From contig JAZOVT010000093.1 in assembly GCA_045658845.1 (NCBI GenBank), positions 33,040 to 97,039 of the forward strand: 64,000 nt of DNA, in the 5' to 3' direction. How positions within the stretch are numbered: the first letter of the stretch is position 1; each line of letters begins with the position of its first letter. The position numbers and the translations under genes are program-made. This stretch comes from Alistipes sp. Lineage in GTDB: Bacteria > Bacteroidota > Bacteroidia > Bacteroidales > Rikenellaceae. The notes beneath the pieces are model-generated. The model saw only the letters and a program-made list of their open reading frames with translations. It was not told the origin of the DNA and did not search any database. This document shows positions 39,213-49,319 of the stretch, piece after piece.

Positions 39213-41581
39213 TACTCTCTAACGTATATGCGTTTCACACGCGCCGATACAGAAGTGATTATCTCATAAGATATTGTACCCAACACTTCTGCCATATCTT
39301 CGGGGGTATTGCCTGCCATAGGAGAGAAGATTACCGCTTCATCACCCTCCTCAACACCCTCTATATCGGTCACATCTATCATACAACTATCCATACATAT
39401 GCGTCCCACTGTCGGAGCCTTCTCGCCGCCGACCAACATCGACCAGCATCCGCCACCCAAATGACGGTCCAAACCATCGGCATAACCAATCGGTATAGTC
39501 GCTATTTTGCTATCACGCTCCAACTCACCAGCCTGTCCATAACCTATCGCCTCACCCGCTTTACGCTCACGCAACTGTACGATACGAGTCTTCAGAGTCG
39601 ATACAGGCTGCAACTCATCGTTGTGCTTATAACCATATCCATACAATCCCAAACCCAAACGACACATATCGAACTGCGCTTCGGGGAATCGCTCTATGGC
39701 TGCCGAATTTGCCGTATGGCGCAACACTTTATATGGTAAAGCCTCCACTATACGACCACTCATACATTCAAACAATGCTATCTGCTCCCTCGTAAAATCA
39801 TCCTTCGACTCCTCATCGGCGCACGATAGATGGGCAAACACCGATGCTACCTTCAATGCTTTATCCTCTGCCAACTCCGCAATCAAAGCATCCAACTCCG
39901 ACTCCACAAATCCCAAGCGGTGCATTCCTGTATCCAACTTGATATGCACAGGATAGTTCTGTAGTCCATAGCGTTCAACGCTGGCTCTGAAATCGTGCAG
40001 CGAATGGAAACTATATATTTCAGGCTGTAAATCATTGGCTACCATCTTATCGAAACTACCAGCATCGGCATTCAGCACAACAATCGGCATCGTTATACCC
40101 TTTCGGCGCAACACGATACCCTCATCGGCAAAGGCAACGGCCAAATAATCCATACCCAAACGTTGCATCAACTGTGCTACCTCGACATCGCCCGCGCCAT
40201 AACTCAACGCCTTGACCATCGCCACCAAGCGGTGATTCATCGGCAGGAAACGTCTAAAATACCCCACGTTATGCGTCATTGCATCGAGGTTTACCTCCAG
40301 AACCGTAGTATGGCTTCGGCGCTCCAACTGATGACACACCCTATCAAAGCGAGAACGGCGATTACCCTTCAACAATATTGTACGACCCGCAATATCTTCA
40401 TACGACAAGCCTTGCTCCAACTCCTCGGTCGAGACGTAGAAACGTGTCTTGCACTTAAACTTCGGGGCATAATGCCTGATTCGCTCCCCAACACCTATCA
40501 GCATATCGACCTTTGCCCGCTCGACCAACGCCGCGACTCGCTCATACAACTCCTCGTCGGGCATTCCGCTCTGCTCAATATCCGATATTACGGCTGTCGT
40601 CAGTGCACCCAATGCCACACTCTGCAATGTATCGAGAGCCAATGCCAATGAATTTATATCCGAATTATAGGTATCGTTTATTATGGTCGAAGAATTAATA
40701 CCCTCCTTGACCTCCAAACGCATTGCCACATCCTCCTGGCAAAGTGCGACCTCGCCAAAACCCAATTCGCGACAAAGCGTTTTAACCAACTGCCCATCAA
40801 TACGGATTGCCTCGCCACCTGTTTTCAGGCTCTCAACACTCTCTTTTGCAGCATCAAGAATCCTACACTCCACAGGCAACACATCGCCTATCGCATCAGT
40901 TATTTGCTCGTAGGCGCTATGATATATAAACGTGTGCGCATTTCGCGCAAGTATCAGTTTCTCTGCAATCTTTTGCTCCAAAGATTTAAAATTGCTCTGG
41001 TGCGCATCACCTATCGAAGTCATCACCACTACATCGGGGCGTATCATTCGCTCCAAACGCTCCATCTCATTACATTGCGAGATACCAGCCTCGATAAATG
41101 CCACCTGCTCATCACCTTGAATCATCAACAGCGACAAAGCCACGCCTAACTGCGAGTTATAACTCATCGGCGAGGCGAAGAACTTTACATCATTAGGCAA
41201 TGAGCGTGCAACCCACTCCTTGACTACCGTCTTGCCATTTGAGCCCGTAATACCTACTACACACCCCTTAAACGATTCGCGGTGCGCTGCTGCAAGAGTC
41301 TGTAATGCCTCCAAAGAGTTTTCTATGACAACACATCCTGCATCCTCCGAGAAATTGGCCGCAGCATCCTCACGCTCAACCATAAATGCGCGTATTCCTC
41401 GGCGCAACATATCTTTAATATAGTCGTGTGAGTCGTGATTCTCACCACGCATCGCCACAAACATAGCATCGTCGGCAAAAGCACAACTGCGCGAGTCGGT
41501 TACGATGCCACCTACCGCAACATCCTGACCAACGACCCTGCCCCCACAAATATGGGCTATATCCGACAATCTATATTTCAT
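39212..41581 (-). CDS. alr: Bifunctional MurF / alanine racemase
   Basis: TDSR, ITGSNGKT, INDTYN (MurF part); MVKALSYG, KLDTGMHRLG, IGYADG, GRICMD, TISYE (Alr part). Confidence 0.93.
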   Translation of the reverse strand: MKYRLSDIAHICGGRVVGQDVAVGGIVTDSRSCAFADDAMFVAMRGENHDSHDYIKDMLRRGIRAFMVEREDAAANFSEDAGCVVIENSLEALQTLAAAHRESFKGCVVGITGSNGKTVVKEWVARSLPNDVKFFASPMSYNSQLGVALSLLMIQGDEQVAFIEAGISQCNEMERLERMIRPDVVVMTSIGDAHQSNFKSLEQKIAEKLILARNAHTFIYHSAYEQITDAIGDVLPVECRILDAAKESVESLKTGGEAIRIDGQLVKTLCRELGFGEVALCQEDVAMRLEVKEGINSSTIINDTYNSDINSLALALDTLQSVALGALTTAVISDIEQSGMPDEELYERVAALVERAKVDMLIGVGERIRHYAPKFKCKTRFYVSTEELEQGLSYEDIAGRTILLKGNRRSRFDRVCHQLERRSHTTVLEVNLDAMTHNVGYFRRFLPMNHRLVAMVKALSYGAGDVEVAQLMQRLGMDYLAVAFADEGIVLRRKGITMPIVVLNADAGSFDKMVANDLQPEIYSFHSLHDFRASVERYGLQNYPVHIKLDTGMHRLGFVESELDALIAELAEDKALKVASVFAHLSCADEESKDDFTREQIALFECMSGRIVEALPYKVLRHTANSAAIERFPEAQFDMCRLGLGLYGYGYKHNDELQPVSTLKTRIVQLRERKAGEAIGYGQAGELERDSKIATIPIGYADGLDRHLGGGCWSMLVGGEKAPTVGRICMDSCMIDVTDIEGVEEGDEAVIFSPMAGNTPEDMAEVLGTISYEIITSVSARVKRIYVRE

Positions 41582-41592
41582 TGCAATATCTA

Positions 41593-44091
41593 CTAATCGT
41601 TCTTAAATCTCACAACAGTAATACCTGCGCCACCTCTATCGGCGTGTTCATCCGTAGCCGAAGCCACCTCCGAGATACTACGCAAATAGCGACGTATCTC
41701 CTCTTTAAGTGCGCCCGTACCCTTACCGTGAAGAATCGTAACACCGCCAACACCCACCATCAAGGCATCATCGACCAAATCCTGCACCACCTCCAGAGCC
41801 TCGGCGGCACGCATACCGCGCACATCGACACTATCCTTGAAATTGAGTTTTCGTGACGATATATCGACCGACAATACGGTACGAGGCGTAACGGGCTTTA
41901 CTGACTTTTTATATTCGGCATTAGATACAACCTTCAACTTATCTTTATCGACCACAGTCAATATCTGGCCGAAGGCCACCTGCGCCTTCTTGCCCTTGAT
42001 ACTCTGCACAACACCCAGCACCTCTTGGCCCTCGATTTTCACCTTTGCTCCCACCTCAATGGGCTTAAGTGCAACCATTGGCTCACTCTTCTGCGTGACA
42101 ACCTCCTGACCTTGGCGCTTTTTATTCTCCTCACGGCGAGCCTTACGACGTTGCAAACGCTCCATCTCGCGCTCAACCTTATCGGCCGCAAATGACGACG
42201 TCTCGGTCTGCTCTACTTCGCTCTTGAAGTCATCCAACTCACGACGTGCCAAACGTGTAAGTTCCTTCTCGGCCTGCGCCTCTTTGATTGTTCGTATAGT
42301 ATTTTCAATCTGACGATTGGCATCGGCAATGAGTTGTTGAGCCTCGGCCTTGGCCTTTTGCAAAATCTCCTTACGCTCATCCTTTATACGCGAGAGTTGC
42401 TCGGCATAGGTCGATTCCAACTCCTCGACTTTACGGTCTGTCTGACGGATTCTATCACGTTTCTGCGACCAATAATGTTTATCACGCGCAATCTCACGCA
42501 ATTGGCGCTCAAGATTTATATGGTCGCTACCCGCCTTATCACTCGCACGGCGGATAATATCCTCGGGCAGGCCTATCTTACGCGCTATCTCTACCGCAAA
42601 CGAACTACCAGGCTTACCCTGCTCCAACTTAAACAGAGGTCTGATATTCTGCACATCGAACATCATTGCGCCATTGGCTACTCCCTCTGTCCCCGTAGCA
42701 TAATATTTTATATTGGAGTAGTGGGTTGTAATTACTCCATAACACCCCTTCTCCAACAGACGCTCCAAAATTGATTCGGCAATAGCTCCTCCAATCACTG
42801 GCTCCGTACCCGAACCAAACTCGTCAATAAGCACCAATGTACGAGGCGAAGCAGCCTGCAAGGTATTTTTCATATTGAGCAGGTGCGACGAATAGGTCGA
42901 AAGGTCGTTATCCATCGACTGCTCGTCACCTATATCCAGACATATATGCTCAAATATGGGCAACTCACTCGTCTCGGCGGCCGTCACAGGGAATCCACAT
43001 TGGAACATATACTGCACCATACCCGTAGTCTTCAAGCAAACCGATTTACCACCAGCATTAGGGCCTGAAATAACCAATATATGTTTCTGCTTGTCGAGTT
43101 GCATATCCAACTTTACCAACTCCTTCTTTTCGCGCTTCAACGTCTGCGCCAACAGAGGATGAAAAGCCTTACGCAAGAGCAATCTATCATCAAGCGACAC
43201 GATAGGTTTACCTGCACCATTCTCGATTGCCCAACGAGCCTTTGCTCGCAACACATCCATATCGGCCAGATACTCTCCCGCCGCAGTTATCGGCTCTGCA
43301 TCGGGTGCTAACTCCTCGGTAAAGACGGTCAGCAGACGCACTACTTCTCTACGCTCGGCATACTCCAACTCCTTGAGTTCGTTGTTGAGTTCTACAACCT
43401 CAACAGGCTCAATATAGAATGTACGGCCCGTAGCCGATTCATCCTGGATAAATCCGTTGAGTTTGCGTTTATTAGCCGCCGACACGGGGATTACAGCCCT
43501 GCCATCACGAATCGAAATCATCGCTTCGGCATCAACTATACCCGCCTTCTTGGCATTTGCCAACACCTGCTGCAAGCGTTTTGCCACCTGTCCTTCGTGT
43601 TGGCGGATGGCACGACGAATAGTAAGTAATTCGGGTGTTGCAGTATCTTTCACACCCCCCTCGTCATCGACTATCTGATTTATACGCCTGATTATATCAG
43701 GAAATACGCATACATTCTCGCTACGCTTATGCAGACGCGGATAGTCAGACTGCTTGCGGCTCAACACAAAGCCCACCATATTACCCACAGCGGTCAATGC
43801 CCGACGCAGAACAACCACCTCCTCGACGGTCAAGAATGCACCCTCAACCCCTAACTTGGCCATCACGGCCTCCATATCGGGATACTCATCGCGAGGTGTA
43901 GCGGGGTCAATCATCAGCATCTGACGCATCTCGTCGGCCGACTCCTGCCTGCGCTCTATCTCCTTACGCGAAACAGAAAACTCCTCAACGAGTACTCTTT
44001 CGCGGGCCACATTCATACAACACAATGCGGCCACCTGCTCACGCACGCGGTCAAAGCCGATTTTCTGTTCAAAATTTGCGGGATAAATCAT
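41593..44091 (-). CDS. mutS2: MutS2 with C-terminal Smr domain
   Basis: GPNAGGKS, DIGDEQS, DEFGSGTEP, TTHY, HGKGTGAL. Confidence 0.95.
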   Translation of the reverse strand: MIYPANFEQKIGFDRVREQVAALCCMNVARERVLVEEFSVSRKEIERRQESADEMRQMLMIDPATPRDEYPDMEAVMAKLGVEGAFLTVEEVVVLRRALTAVGNMVGFVLSRKQSDYPRLHKRSENVCVFPDIIRRINQIVDDEGGVKDTATPELLTIRRAIRQHEGQVAKRLQQVLANAKKAGIVDAEAMISIRDGRAVIPVSAANKRKLNGFIQDESATGRTFYIEPVEVVELNNELKELEYAERREVVRLLTVFTEELAPDAEPITAAGEYLADMDVLRAKARWAIENGAGKPIVSLDDRLLLRKAFHPLLAQTLKREKKELVKLDMQLDKQKHILVISGPNAGGKSVCLKTTGMVQYMFQCGFPVTAAETSELPIFEHICLDIGDEQSMDNDLSTYSSHLLNMKNTLQAASPRTLVLIDEFGSGTEPVIGGAIAESILERLLEKGCYGVITTHYSNIKYYATGTEGVANGAMMFDVQNIRPLFKLEQGKPGSSFAVEIARKIGLPEDIIRRASDKAGSDHINLERQLREIARDKHYWSQKRDRIRQTDRKVEELESTYAEQLSRIKDERKEILQKAKAEAQQLIADANRQIENTIRTIKEAQAEKELTRLARRELDDFKSEVEQTETSSFAADKVEREMERLQRRKARREENKKRQGQEVVTQKSEPMVALKPIEVGAKVKIEGQEVLGVVQSIKGKKAQVAFGQILTVVDKDKLKVVSNAEYKKSVKPVTPRTVLSVDISSRKLNFKDSVDVRGMRAAEALEVVQDLVDDALMVGVGGVTILHGKGTGALKEEIRRYLRSISEVASATDEHADRGGAGITVVRFKND

Positions 44092-44111
44092 TCTTGTCGC
44101 TCCTCAAACAA

Positions 44112-45146
44112 TTACTGCGCCTTCTTAATCTCTTTAAGTTTCGCCTCGTGCGCTTTCTCGGCTATCTCATCAGCACGTTTGATGGCCTTTTTCTCGGCTT
44201 TAGCCTTGGCCTTTTCAACCTTCTTCATCGGATTATCTCCAAATACAGAGATATTAATATAGCGATGAGGATTAGCCTGCAAATCGGCCAATAGTGCCGA
44301 CAGATTATCGCTCGCCTGTGCCAAATTATCATACAACTCGGCATCATCCAACAGTTTACCAACGCTACCGTCACCGTTGTTTACCGACTCGAGCACCTTA
44401 TTCAATTGAGCAACTGTTGACTCTATCTCGCTTATAATATCAGCCTCGGCCAATTTTGTCGAGAAGGTGTTCATATTGCCAATTATACTATCAATCTGCT
44501 CGGTATTATCGCCCAAACTCTTCGAGAAACGGCTCAACGATGCCATAGCCTCTTCCAGATGCTGTTTCTCTTTTGCCAACATATCGTTTACGCTACCCGT
44601 CACACCATCAACATTCTTTACGATATTTGTGATGTTTTCGGTATTGGTCGCCATAAGATTATTCACGCCCTCCAAAGTCTGCGCCACCTCATCCATTATA
44701 AGTGTCACCTTGGCGATTATACCCTCCATCTCCGACGAGGCCATTGCCATCAAATCTACACTCACTTCCGCCTGAATAGTACCCTCATCGGGTATCATCT
44801 CCGATGCTGCACCATATACAATCTCTACGGCCTTGCCGCCCATCAATCCATCGCTAAAAATCTTGGCTTTTGAATCAACGGGAATAGCATAACGCTTCTC
44901 TACCGACAATGTCAGTTCGACACCTTTATTGGGGTCCTCGTCCAAAACGACATCCAACACCGAGCCGACCTTAACACCGTGAATCATCACAGCAGATGCA
45001 GGCTGCAAACCACCCACATTGTCATAATAGGCGTAATAAATATTATAGTTACTAAACACATCCGTACCCTTAAGATATCGAATCACGCCCCAGCCTATCA
45101 ACAAAACGGCTACGGCAAACAAACCGACTTTAATTTCTCTTTTCAT
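44112..45146 (-). CDS. MlaD/MCE family protein
   Basis: N-terminal TM, GGL...V..HGVKVGSV MCE pattern, helical tail GSVGKLL...DLQANPHRY. Confidence 0.9.
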   Translation of the reverse strand: MKREIKVGLFAVAVLLIGWGVIRYLKGTDVFSNYNIYYAYYDNVGGLQPASAVMIHGVKVGSVLDVVLDEDPNKGVELTLSVEKRYAIPVDSKAKIFSDGLMGGKAVEIVYGAASEMIPDEGTIQAEVSVDLMAMASSEMEGIIAKVTLIMDEVAQTLEGVNNLMATNTENITNIVKNVDGVTGSVNDMLAKEKQHLEEAMASLSRFSKSLGDNTEQIDSIIGNMNTFSTKLAEADIISEIESTVAQLNKVLESVNNGDGSVGKLLDDAELYDNLAQASDNLSALLADLQANPHRYINISVFGDNPMKKVEKAKAKAEKKAIKRADEIAEKAHEAKLKEIKKAQ

Positions 45147-45158
45147 TTTATAGTTTTC

Positions 45159-46331
45159 TTATTTTACAATCTTACCATCACTATAATGTATAACGAAAGC
45201 GTCCTTGAAAACCTTTCGCACGGCGGCCACATTACGTTGCGCCTCGGCTCTCGTTGCAAACTCTCCGTAACAATACTTATATTTCAACACTCCGCTACCC
45301 TCGTAACATTTCACCTTTCCGCGATATGTCTTGAATTGAGCATCCGATGTTTTCAGTTTCTTATCCGATGCCAACAACTGGATTGCATAACCCTCCTGCG
45401 ATGCTTCTGCTACATTGTCAGATTGTGGCTCTTTATCATCACTCTTTGTCTCTGCAACCTGTTCTGCAATATCCTCTTTTGCCTCTATTTCAACCGCATC
45501 TGCCGCAGGCTCTCCCACAACCACATTATCACTCACCTGAGCACTCGCCGTTCCATCCAAATGAGCAAAATACTCTTTCACTGCATTACACAGCATTCGC
45601 GCCAATTCATTTTGACCCTTCGAAGAGTTCATATATGCCAATTCACTCTTATTGGTCATAAATCCCAACTCGGTCAGCACGCTTGGCATATCGGTAGCAT
45701 ACAACACTTTAAGCAGTTGTCGTTTAACCTTGCGCACCGTACGTCCGCCCTTGCCATAATGCGACTGCATTATTCGAGCCATCATCTCGCTATACTCGCC
45801 ATAAGTGAATTGCAGATTCTGAATATAGGCCCTCACCATAGCAGCCGTATTCTCATCCGACATATCAATCAACTCATCCTTATTGTTATCGTACAATGCA
45901 TCTTCGTTATAACGAGTCTCCTTTTCACTTTCGCCCATTATCAGCGTCTCGGCACCCTTGACCGATGTATTTTTGGCAGCATTGGCGTGAATCGATATAA
46001 ACAAATCGCCCTCTGCCTTGTTGGCTATATTTGCTCGAGCCGACAAATCCTCATTCAGGCTACCACCAAGCGCCGTGTCGGTTTTTCGCGTATATACCAC
46101 TTTTGCATTAGGCAACTCCCTCTCTATAAGTGCGCCCAACTTCAACGCAACGGCCAAATTTATATCTTTCTCCTTGACTCCACCATACACCGCTCCAGGA
46201 TAGGCTTTACCACCGTGTCCTGCATCTATGACAATCACACGTTGACGCGCCGCAGTCTCCTGCGCCGCGACTTGTACGCTCGCACATAGGCCAATAAACG
46301 ACAATACTATACAACAGAGTATATGTTTCAT
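45159..46331 (-). CDS. N-acetylmuramoyl-L-alanine amidase with SPOR-like C-terminus
   Basis: IDAGHGG, EKD, SIHAN, LTELGF. Confidence 0.93.
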   Translation of the reverse strand: MKHILCCIVLSFIGLCASVQVAAQETAARQRVIVIDAGHGGKAYPGAVYGGVKEKDINLAVALKLGALIERELPNAKVVYTRKTDTALGGSLNEDLSARANIANKAEGDLFISIHANAAKNTSVKGAETLIMGESEKETRYNEDALYDNNKDELIDMSDENTAAMVRAYIQNLQFTYGEYSEMMARIMQSHYGKGGRTVRKVKRQLLKVLYATDMPSVLTELGFMTNKSELAYMNSSKGQNELARMLCNAVKEYFAHLDGTASAQVSDNVVVGEPAADAVEIEAKEDIAEQVAETKSDDKEPQSDNVAEASQEGYAIQLLASDKKLKTSDAQFKTYRGKVKCYEGSGVLKYKYCYGEFATRAEAQRNVAAVRKVFKDAFVIHYSDGKIVK

Positions 46332-46424
46332 ATAAAAAACTACCGAAATATTATCCGTAATCGATAAAAAAACGCTATATTTGTCGGTTAAAACATCGCT
46401 CCTAAAGTTGGGCAACCATTACAT

Positions 46425-49274
46425 TTGAGCGGTTTTGCCGACTTGTCGGCAAAGTTACAAAAAATTATTGAGATTTTGGGTTATTTTAAGGTTAAATATG
46501 CTCTTTCGGTAGCCATTATGCTACTATTATCGCAAATCATCATAAGTTTTGCGACAGTACAACGTGTGATGGCGGCAAAACCTATCACCGAAGAGTTGCA
46601 AGAAACAAGCATCCTCTCTGCCACCTCACCACAGGACAGCATCAGAGATGCAAATGCTCGTCGTGCCGCACAACGCTCACGTCGTTCACAGGAAGAGCGA
46701 CGCAACGCCTCGTCTGTGATTGCGCCCGACTCCACGCCTATCACGGCCAACGCCACATCGGTAGCAGATACCACAAAACGCACGGGCAAAGGCGGAATGG
46801 GCCTCGGAGCGCCCATCGTTGGTCGAGCAAAGGACTCGCTATACTACGACTTGCGTAGCAAGAAGGTCTATCTTTACGAACAAGGAGAGGTTACTTATGG
46901 CGATATGAGTCTTGCGGCAGATATGATGACCATTGACCTCGACCGTAAAAACATCTATGCCATAGGAAAGGCCGACACAATCGACGGAGAGCCAACGGTT
47001 ACCCGTCCGCTCTTCTCACAAGGTACCTCATCGCTCAATATGGATACCATCACCTACAACATCGAGACACAGCGTGCAAAAATCAAAAATATCGCCACGC
47101 AACAAGGTGACGGATGGATGGTAGGTCAGGATGTAAAGCGATTGGCGGATAACACTATTAACATTGCCGATGGTATGTACACCCCCTGCGACCAGACAGA
47201 CCACCCCCACTTCTTCTATTCGATGTCAAAAGTGAAGGTCATCCCCGGCAAGAAGGCTATTATGGGTCCTGGCCACCTGGTCATAGAGGATGTACACATC
47301 CCATTCCTCGGACTTCCCGAAGGTTTCTTCCCATTGAGTTCTGGCCCTAAATCAGGTATCCTGATGCCTTCATACGGCGAGGAGGCTCGACGAGGATTTT
47401 ACATCCGTGACTTGGGTTATTACTTCACCTTCAGCGACCATATGGACTTAACCTTAACGGGTGGTATCTATACTTTAGGCTCGTGGGAGGTCAATGCCGT
47501 ATCTCGCTATATGAAACGCTACAAATATACGGGTAACTTCAACTTCGACTTTTCAAGTATCCGTTCAGGAGATAAGGGCGACCCCGATTTTGTAAAGCAG
47601 AATACATATCGTTTGATGTGGACTCACTCGCAAGATGCCAAAGCCAACCCAGGCTCAACATTCTCGGCTTCAGTGAACCTGTCATCGAGTGGTTATAGCC
47701 GCTATTCGGCCACTAACCTTAACGATATGCTCTCGACACAGACCAACTCTTCTATTTCGTATTCAAAGAATTGGGCTGGTACACCATTCTCTATGTCGAT
47801 GAACTTGGCCATTTCGCAGAACTCGCAAACGAAGGCTATCGCAGGAACGCTTCCCAATGTCTCGTTCAACGTAGCGAAGTTCTACCCCTTGCGCCGCGCG
47901 GAAAAAGTAGGCAAGGACCGTTGGTACGAGAAGATTTCGATGAGTTACGCCGCCAAGATGACCAACTCGGTGAGCGCCAAGGAGGATGACATATTTACTC
48001 GCCAAACGCTGGATAATATGCGTCACGGTGTACAACACAACATTCCCGTACAAGCGACCTTCAACCTACTCAATTATATCAACATCACGCCTTCGGCCAA
48101 CTATGCTGAGCGTTGGTATTTCAAGAAAGTCGAGCGACAGTGGAATCCCGAAACAGGTCAAGTCGAAAATCTTGACCCCGAATATGGTTTCTATCGACTC
48201 TACAACTATAATACTGCCGTATCTCTATCGACTATCGTCTATGGAACGTGGCAGGTAAAGGAGAAGTACAAGGACTTTAAGTTGCAGGGCCTGCGCCATC
48301 AAGTTACTCCGCAGGTTAGTTTCTCTTATGCTCCCGATTTCAGCAACCAAAAATATGGTTACTATCAAACCGTTCAGGCCGACTCTACGGGCCGTACTAC
48401 GGTCTATTCACCATTCTCGGACAACGCCTTTGGCGTACCCACATCGGGTCGTAGTATGGCTATGTCGTTCTCGCTGCGACAGAGTCTCGAGGCTAAAGTC
48501 AAGAGCAAACGCGACACCACAGGCCTGAAAAAGATAAAACTAATCGATGAACTCTCATTGAACGGCTCATATAACTTCTTGGCCGATTCGATGAAGTTGT
48601 CAAATATATCGCTTGGCCTACGAACAAATATCGTTGGAAACTTTGGTATCAACCTGCGAGCAACGCTTGACCCTTACGAAGTGACACCCGAGGGTAAGCG
48701 ATACAACAAACTTACTTGGAGCCGAGGTAATCTTGGACGTATACTCAACACAGGCTGGAGTTTCGGCTACACTTTTAAGTCTAAAAACTCGGCACAGCCA
48801 GCCGACGTCGGCAAGAATGAGAATATTCCACCCGAATATGCCAATCCATTCTACGACCCATACGGACGAATGGACCCCACTTTGCGACGACAATATATGT
48901 CACAGAGTTACTACGACTTCTCGATACCGTGGAGTCTAAACGTGAACTACAACGTAAACTATACGCTCAACTATGTCAATAATGGCACAACGGGCTATAG
49001 GCGTAATGTTACGCAGACAATTGGCTTTAGCGGCAACGTCACCTTCTCGAAGAAGATGTCGGCTACATTCTCGGGCGGATATGATATTTCGATGAACAAA
49101 CTCACTACGTCATCAGTAAGTATCACGCGTGATTTGCACTGTTGGCAGATGTCGTTCTCGTGGATTCCATTTGGCCACTACAAGAGTTGGAATTTCCACA
49201 TCGGAGTCAAGGCTGCCTCGCTCAAGGATTTGAAGTACGAGAAGAGTCAATCTATGTACGACAACTACTATTAG
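46425..49274 (+). CDS. lptD: Putative LPS assembly protein LptD (true start possibly TTG 46476)
   Basis: ADSL-like N-terminal domain, YTPCD..HPHF, SGILMPSYGE, RDLHCWQMSF. Confidence 0.88.
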   Translation: MSGFADLSAKLQKIIEILGYFKVKYALSVAIMLLLSQIIISFATVQRVMAAKPITEELQETSILSATSPQDSIRDANARRAAQRSRRSQEERRNASSVIAPDSTPITANATSVADTTKRTGKGGMGLGAPIVGRAKDSLYYDLRSKKVYLYEQGEVTYGDMSLAADMMTIDLDRKNIYAIGKADTIDGEPTVTRPLFSQGTSSLNMDTITYNIETQRAKIKNIATQQGDGWMVGQDVKRLADNTINIADGMYTPCDQTDHPHFFYSMSKVKVIPGKKAIMGPGHLVIEDVHIPFLGLPEGFFPLSSGPKSGILMPSYGEEARRGFYIRDLGYYFTFSDHMDLTLTGGIYTLGSWEVNAVSRYMKRYKYTGNFNFDFSSIRSGDKGDPDFVKQNTYRLMWTHSQDAKANPGSTFSASVNLSSSGYSRYSATNLNDMLSTQTNSSISYSKNWAGTPFSMSMNLAISQNSQTKAIAGTLPNVSFNVAKFYPLRRAEKVGKDRWYEKISMSYAAKMTNSVSAKEDDIFTRQTLDNMRHGVQHNIPVQATFNLLNYINITPSANYAERWYFKKVERQWNPETGQVENLDPEYGFYRLYNYNTAVSLSTIVYGTWQVKEKYKDFKLQGLRHQVTPQVSFSYAPDFSNQKYGYYQTVQADSTGRTTVYSPFSDNAFGVPTSGRSMAMSFSLRQSLEAKVKSKRDTTGLKKIKLIDELSLNGSYNFLADSMKLSNISLGLRTNIVGNFGINLRATLDPYEVTPEGKRYNKLTWSRGNLGRILNTGWSFGYTFKSKNSAQPADVGKNENIPPEYANPFYDPYGRMDPTLRRQYMSQSYYDFSIPWSLNVNYNVNYTLNYVNNGTTGYRRNVTQTIGFSGNVTFSKKMSATFSGGYDISMNKLTTSSVSITRDLHCWQMSFSWIPFGHYKSWNFHIGVKAASLKDLKYEKSQSMYDNYY

Positions 49275-49319
49275 CGACAAACTTAGACCATTTTTTATAC
49301 CCGACATAACTATCCCGCA

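Noticed and set aside
39212-41581. MurF-Alr fusion, and grpE-dnaJ without dnaK
   Set aside because: Both are standard in Bacteroidetes.
44979-46289. Long antisense ORFs (also 22227-23111, 57841-58830, 63141-63998 and others)
   Set aside because: They are shadows of well-supported genes on the opposite strand and have no recognisable motifs.
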